A DNA stretch of 64,000 nt from Candidatus Uhrbacteria bacterium (lineage in GTDB: Bacteria; Patescibacteriota; Patescibacteriia; UBA9934; UBA10169), in assembly GCA_016187485.1 (NCBI GenBank), contig JACPJO010000005.1, forward strand, positions 226,385-290,384, read 5' to 3'. The number at the start of each line of letters is the position of its first letter. Position 1 is the first letter of the stretch. Position numbers and translations under genes: made by a program. The notes under the pieces were generated by a model. It was given only the letters and a program-made list of their open reading frames with translations, had not been told where the DNA came from and did not search any database. This document shows positions 62,070 to 64,000 of this stretch, in pieces.

Positions 62070-63999
62070 CTACGGAACGAGCGGGTTCGTGTCGTCCGGA
62101 TCGTCGCAGACGTTGGTTCCGTCCGCGTCCTCGTCCACACCGGGGTTCACCGACGGGTCGAGGTCGTCGCAGTCGTCACCGCCCACAGCAGGCGGATCGC
62201 CGACCCAGGGCGAGCACTCGACGTAGAGGTCGCCGTCCTGGTCCTCTTCGAGGTCCTGGTCGGTCACATCGCAGTCGGAGTCCACGCCGTCGCACGCTTC
62301 GGGAGCGCTCGGGAAGACGGTGTCATCCGTGTCGTCGCAGTCGCCCGGCGCCGATCCGTCGCTGCAGACGGGAGTGGCGTCGCAGAACCCGTCGCCGTCG
62401 TCGTCCACAAAGGGGGTGCCTTCGTCCACGTCACCGTCGCAGTCGTCGTCCGCGAAGTTGGGAACCTCGGGATCGCCGGGAGAGATGGCGGGGTTGGCGT
62501 CGTTGCAGTCGCCGGCGCAAGTGGTAAATCCATCGCCGTCGGCGTCGAACCCTTCGTCCACAGACGTGTCGCAGTCGTCATCCACGCCGTTGCACGTCTC
62601 CGTGGCAGCGGGGTTGACGGCCGGGTTGGCGTCGTTGCAATCGCCTGCGCACACGCGCGACCCATCACCGTCGCCGTCAGCTTCGGTGGCGGGAACGGAA
62701 CCCGAGCAGTCGTTGTCGAGTCCGTCGCAGATCTCGGGATTGCCAGGGAACATGGCCGCGGAAGTGTCGGCGCAATCGCCGTTGCATTCCGCCACCCCAT
62801 CGCCGTCGTCGTCCGTTTCGGTTGCGGGCACCGCGCCGTCGCAGTCGTCGTCGGCCCCGTTGCAGGCCTCGGCAGCGGCCGGGTTCACGCTCGGGAGGAC
62901 ATCGTTGCAGTCCCCTTCGCAGACCCGGAAGCCATCGAGGTCGCTGTCGGCCTCACTGCTTGGCACGTTCCCGTTGCAGTCGTTGTCGAGTCCGTCGCAC
63001 GCTTCGGGAGCGCCGGTGAAGACAGTGGCGTCCGAGGCGTTGCAGTCGCCCTCGCACGCGCTCTGTCCGTCCCCGTCGGGATCCAGTTCGTTGGCTGGCA
63101 CACCGCCGGCGCAGTCGTTGTCGAGTCCATCGCAGATCTCGGCGGCACCGGTGAAGATCGTCGGGTTGGCGTCGTCGCAGTCGAATTGGCACTCGAACTG
63201 GCCGTCGCCGTCGGCGTCGTCTTCGGTGCTTGCCACAACGCCATTGCAGTCGTCGTCCACGCCGTTGCACGTCTCCGTAGCAGCGGGGTTGACGGCTGGG
63301 TTGGCGTCGTTGCAGTCACCCTCACAGATCATTGAGCCGTCAGCGTCCGCGTCGGCCTCGTTGGCGGCCGGAGAACCGTTGCAGTCCTCATCGTCCCCGT
63401 TGCAGAGCTCGGAAGCTCCCGGGAGCGTCGCGGGATCGGTGTCGTCGCAATCGCCAGCGCAGACGGAGACGCCGTCGGCATCGGCGTCGGACTCAGTGGC
63501 GGGAAGCCCGCCGTCGCAGTCGTCGTCGTTGCCGTTGCAGAGTTCCGGCGCGCCGGGATAGGTGAGCGGCTCCAGGTTGTCGCAGTCGCCCTCACAGGAG
63601 GTGAAGCCATCCGCGTCGCCGTCGAAACCCTCGTCGATCACGCTGTCACAGTCGTTGTCCTGGTCGTCACAGATCTCCGAGGCCGTCGGGAAGACAGTGG
63701 GTTCCGTGTCGGCGCAGTCGCCTTCACACGTGCTCCAGCCGTCGGCGTCGGCGTCGAATCCTTCGTCCACGAGGGCATCGCATTCGTTGTCCTGCCCGTC
63801 GCAGACTTCGGTGGCGTCGGGGTTCACGAGGGCGTCGCCGTCCTGGCAATCGTCCTCGCAGACCATGAAGTCGTCGCCGTCGTTGTCCACCTCGTCGCTT
63901 GGCAGGCCGTCCACGCAGTCGTCGTCCACGCCGTTGCACGTCTCCGTGGCGGCAGGATTCACGCCTGCGTTGCCGTCGTCGCAGTCTCCGCCCGGCACG
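62070..63999 (-). CDS. secreted Cys/Asp-rich repeat protein with MopE-like putative metal-binding motifs (partial; N-terminus lies beyond the window end)
   Basis: About 13 tandem ~45-aa repeats of DADGDG...C.GDCND..P.VNPAA.E.CNG.DDDC.G; the frame is open to the window edge, so the GTG/Met at 63998 is probably internal. Confidence 0.55.
   Translation of the reverse strand, partial: VPGGDCDDGNAGVNPAATETCNGVDDDCVDGLPSDEVDNDGDDFMVCEDDCQDGDALVNPDATEVCDGQDNECDALVDEGFDADADGWSTCEGDCADTEPTVFPTASEICDDQDNDCDSVIDEGFDGDADGFTSCEGDCDNLEPLTYPGAPELCNGNDDDCDGGLPATESDADADGVSVCAGDCDDTDPATLPGASELCNGDDEDCNGSPAANEADADADGSMICEGDCNDANPAVNPAATETCNGVDDDCNGVVASTEDDADGDGQFECQFDCDDANPTIFTGAAEICDGLDNDCAGGVPANELDPDGDGQSACEGDCNASDATVFTGAPEACDGLDNDCNGNVPSSEADSDLDGFRVCEGDCNDVLPSVNPAAAEACNGADDDCDGAVPATETDDDGDGVAECNGDCADTSAAMFPGNPEICDGLDNDCSGSVPATEADGDGDGSRVCAGDCNDANPAVNPAATETCNGVDDDCDTSVDEGFDADGDGFTTCAGDCNDANPAISPGDPEVPNFADDDCDGDVDEGTPFVDDDGDGFCDATPVCSDGSAPGDCDDTDDTVFPSAPEACDGVDSDCDVTDQDLEEDQDGDLYVECSPWVGDPPAVGGDDCDDLDPSVNPGVDEDADGTNVCDDPDDTNPLVP
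62100..63999. repeat. tandem DNA repeats (period about 135 bp, GC-rich) encoding the MopE-like protein repeats
   Basis: Recurring gtcgtcgcagtcgcc / gccgttgcacgtctccgtggcagcggggttgacggc blocks. Confidence 0.6.
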
Positions 64000-64000
64000 C

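Noticed and set aside
62320-63561. 413-aa plus-strand ORF, and several others (62264-62800, 62885-63325, 63329-63610 and so on), inside the GC-rich repeat array
   Set aside because: They are antisense or alternative-frame artefacts of a high-GC tandem repeat. Their translations are Ser/Pro/Ala/Arg-rich low complexity, whereas the minus-strand frame gives a coherent MopE-like repeat protein.

Overview
High-GC (about 55-60%) bacterial chromosomal window, gene-dense and mostly minus-strand coded. The gene content suggests a Candidate Phyla Radiation (Parcubacteria-like) organism; this is inference only. Core content: a fragmented division/cell-wall (dcw) set (ftsB-like, murE, ddl, murD, murG, ftsW, mraY), ribosomal proteins L27 and L9, pyrG, three tRNAs, a Ctp protease, three Nudix hydrolases and a HIT protein. 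From roughly 28-44 kb and 58-62 kb there is a large envelope-glycan locus: rmlABCD, eight GT2/GT4 glycosyltransferases, GT-C-like membrane proteins, a CDP-alcohol phosphatidyltransferase, a UDP-glucuronate-decarboxylase-like SDR, an O-antigen-ligase-like protein and a methyltransferase. A surface-proteome block at 44-57 kb holds an S8 protease with FG-GAP repeats, a 1280-aa surface protein behind an ECF sigma/anti-sigma pair, and an HTH-regulated glycoside-hydrolase-like protein with FG-GAP repeats. The most unusual items: (1) two tandem, divergent 579-aa Cys-rich paralogs of unknown function joined by a triplicated ~58-nt leader/junction repeat, with a relic third copy and an orphan repeat fused to a Nudix gene end; (2) a second tRNA with alanine identity elements but an apparent UGA anticodon, in a promoter/leader/terminator unit that mirrors the tRNA-Ala locus; (3) an IS200-like (REP-associated tyrosine transposase, RAYT-type) transposase with a DnaA-like HTH, flanked by 35-bp inverted repeats that donate the stop codon of a neighbouring GT4 gene; (4) a nested A-B-A'-B' inverted-repeat operator upstream of an excisionase-family HTH gene; (5) a MopE-like Cys/Asp repeat protein cut by the window end. 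No CRISPR array or prophage was seen. All calls come from reading the sequence and translations by eye; no database searches were run.
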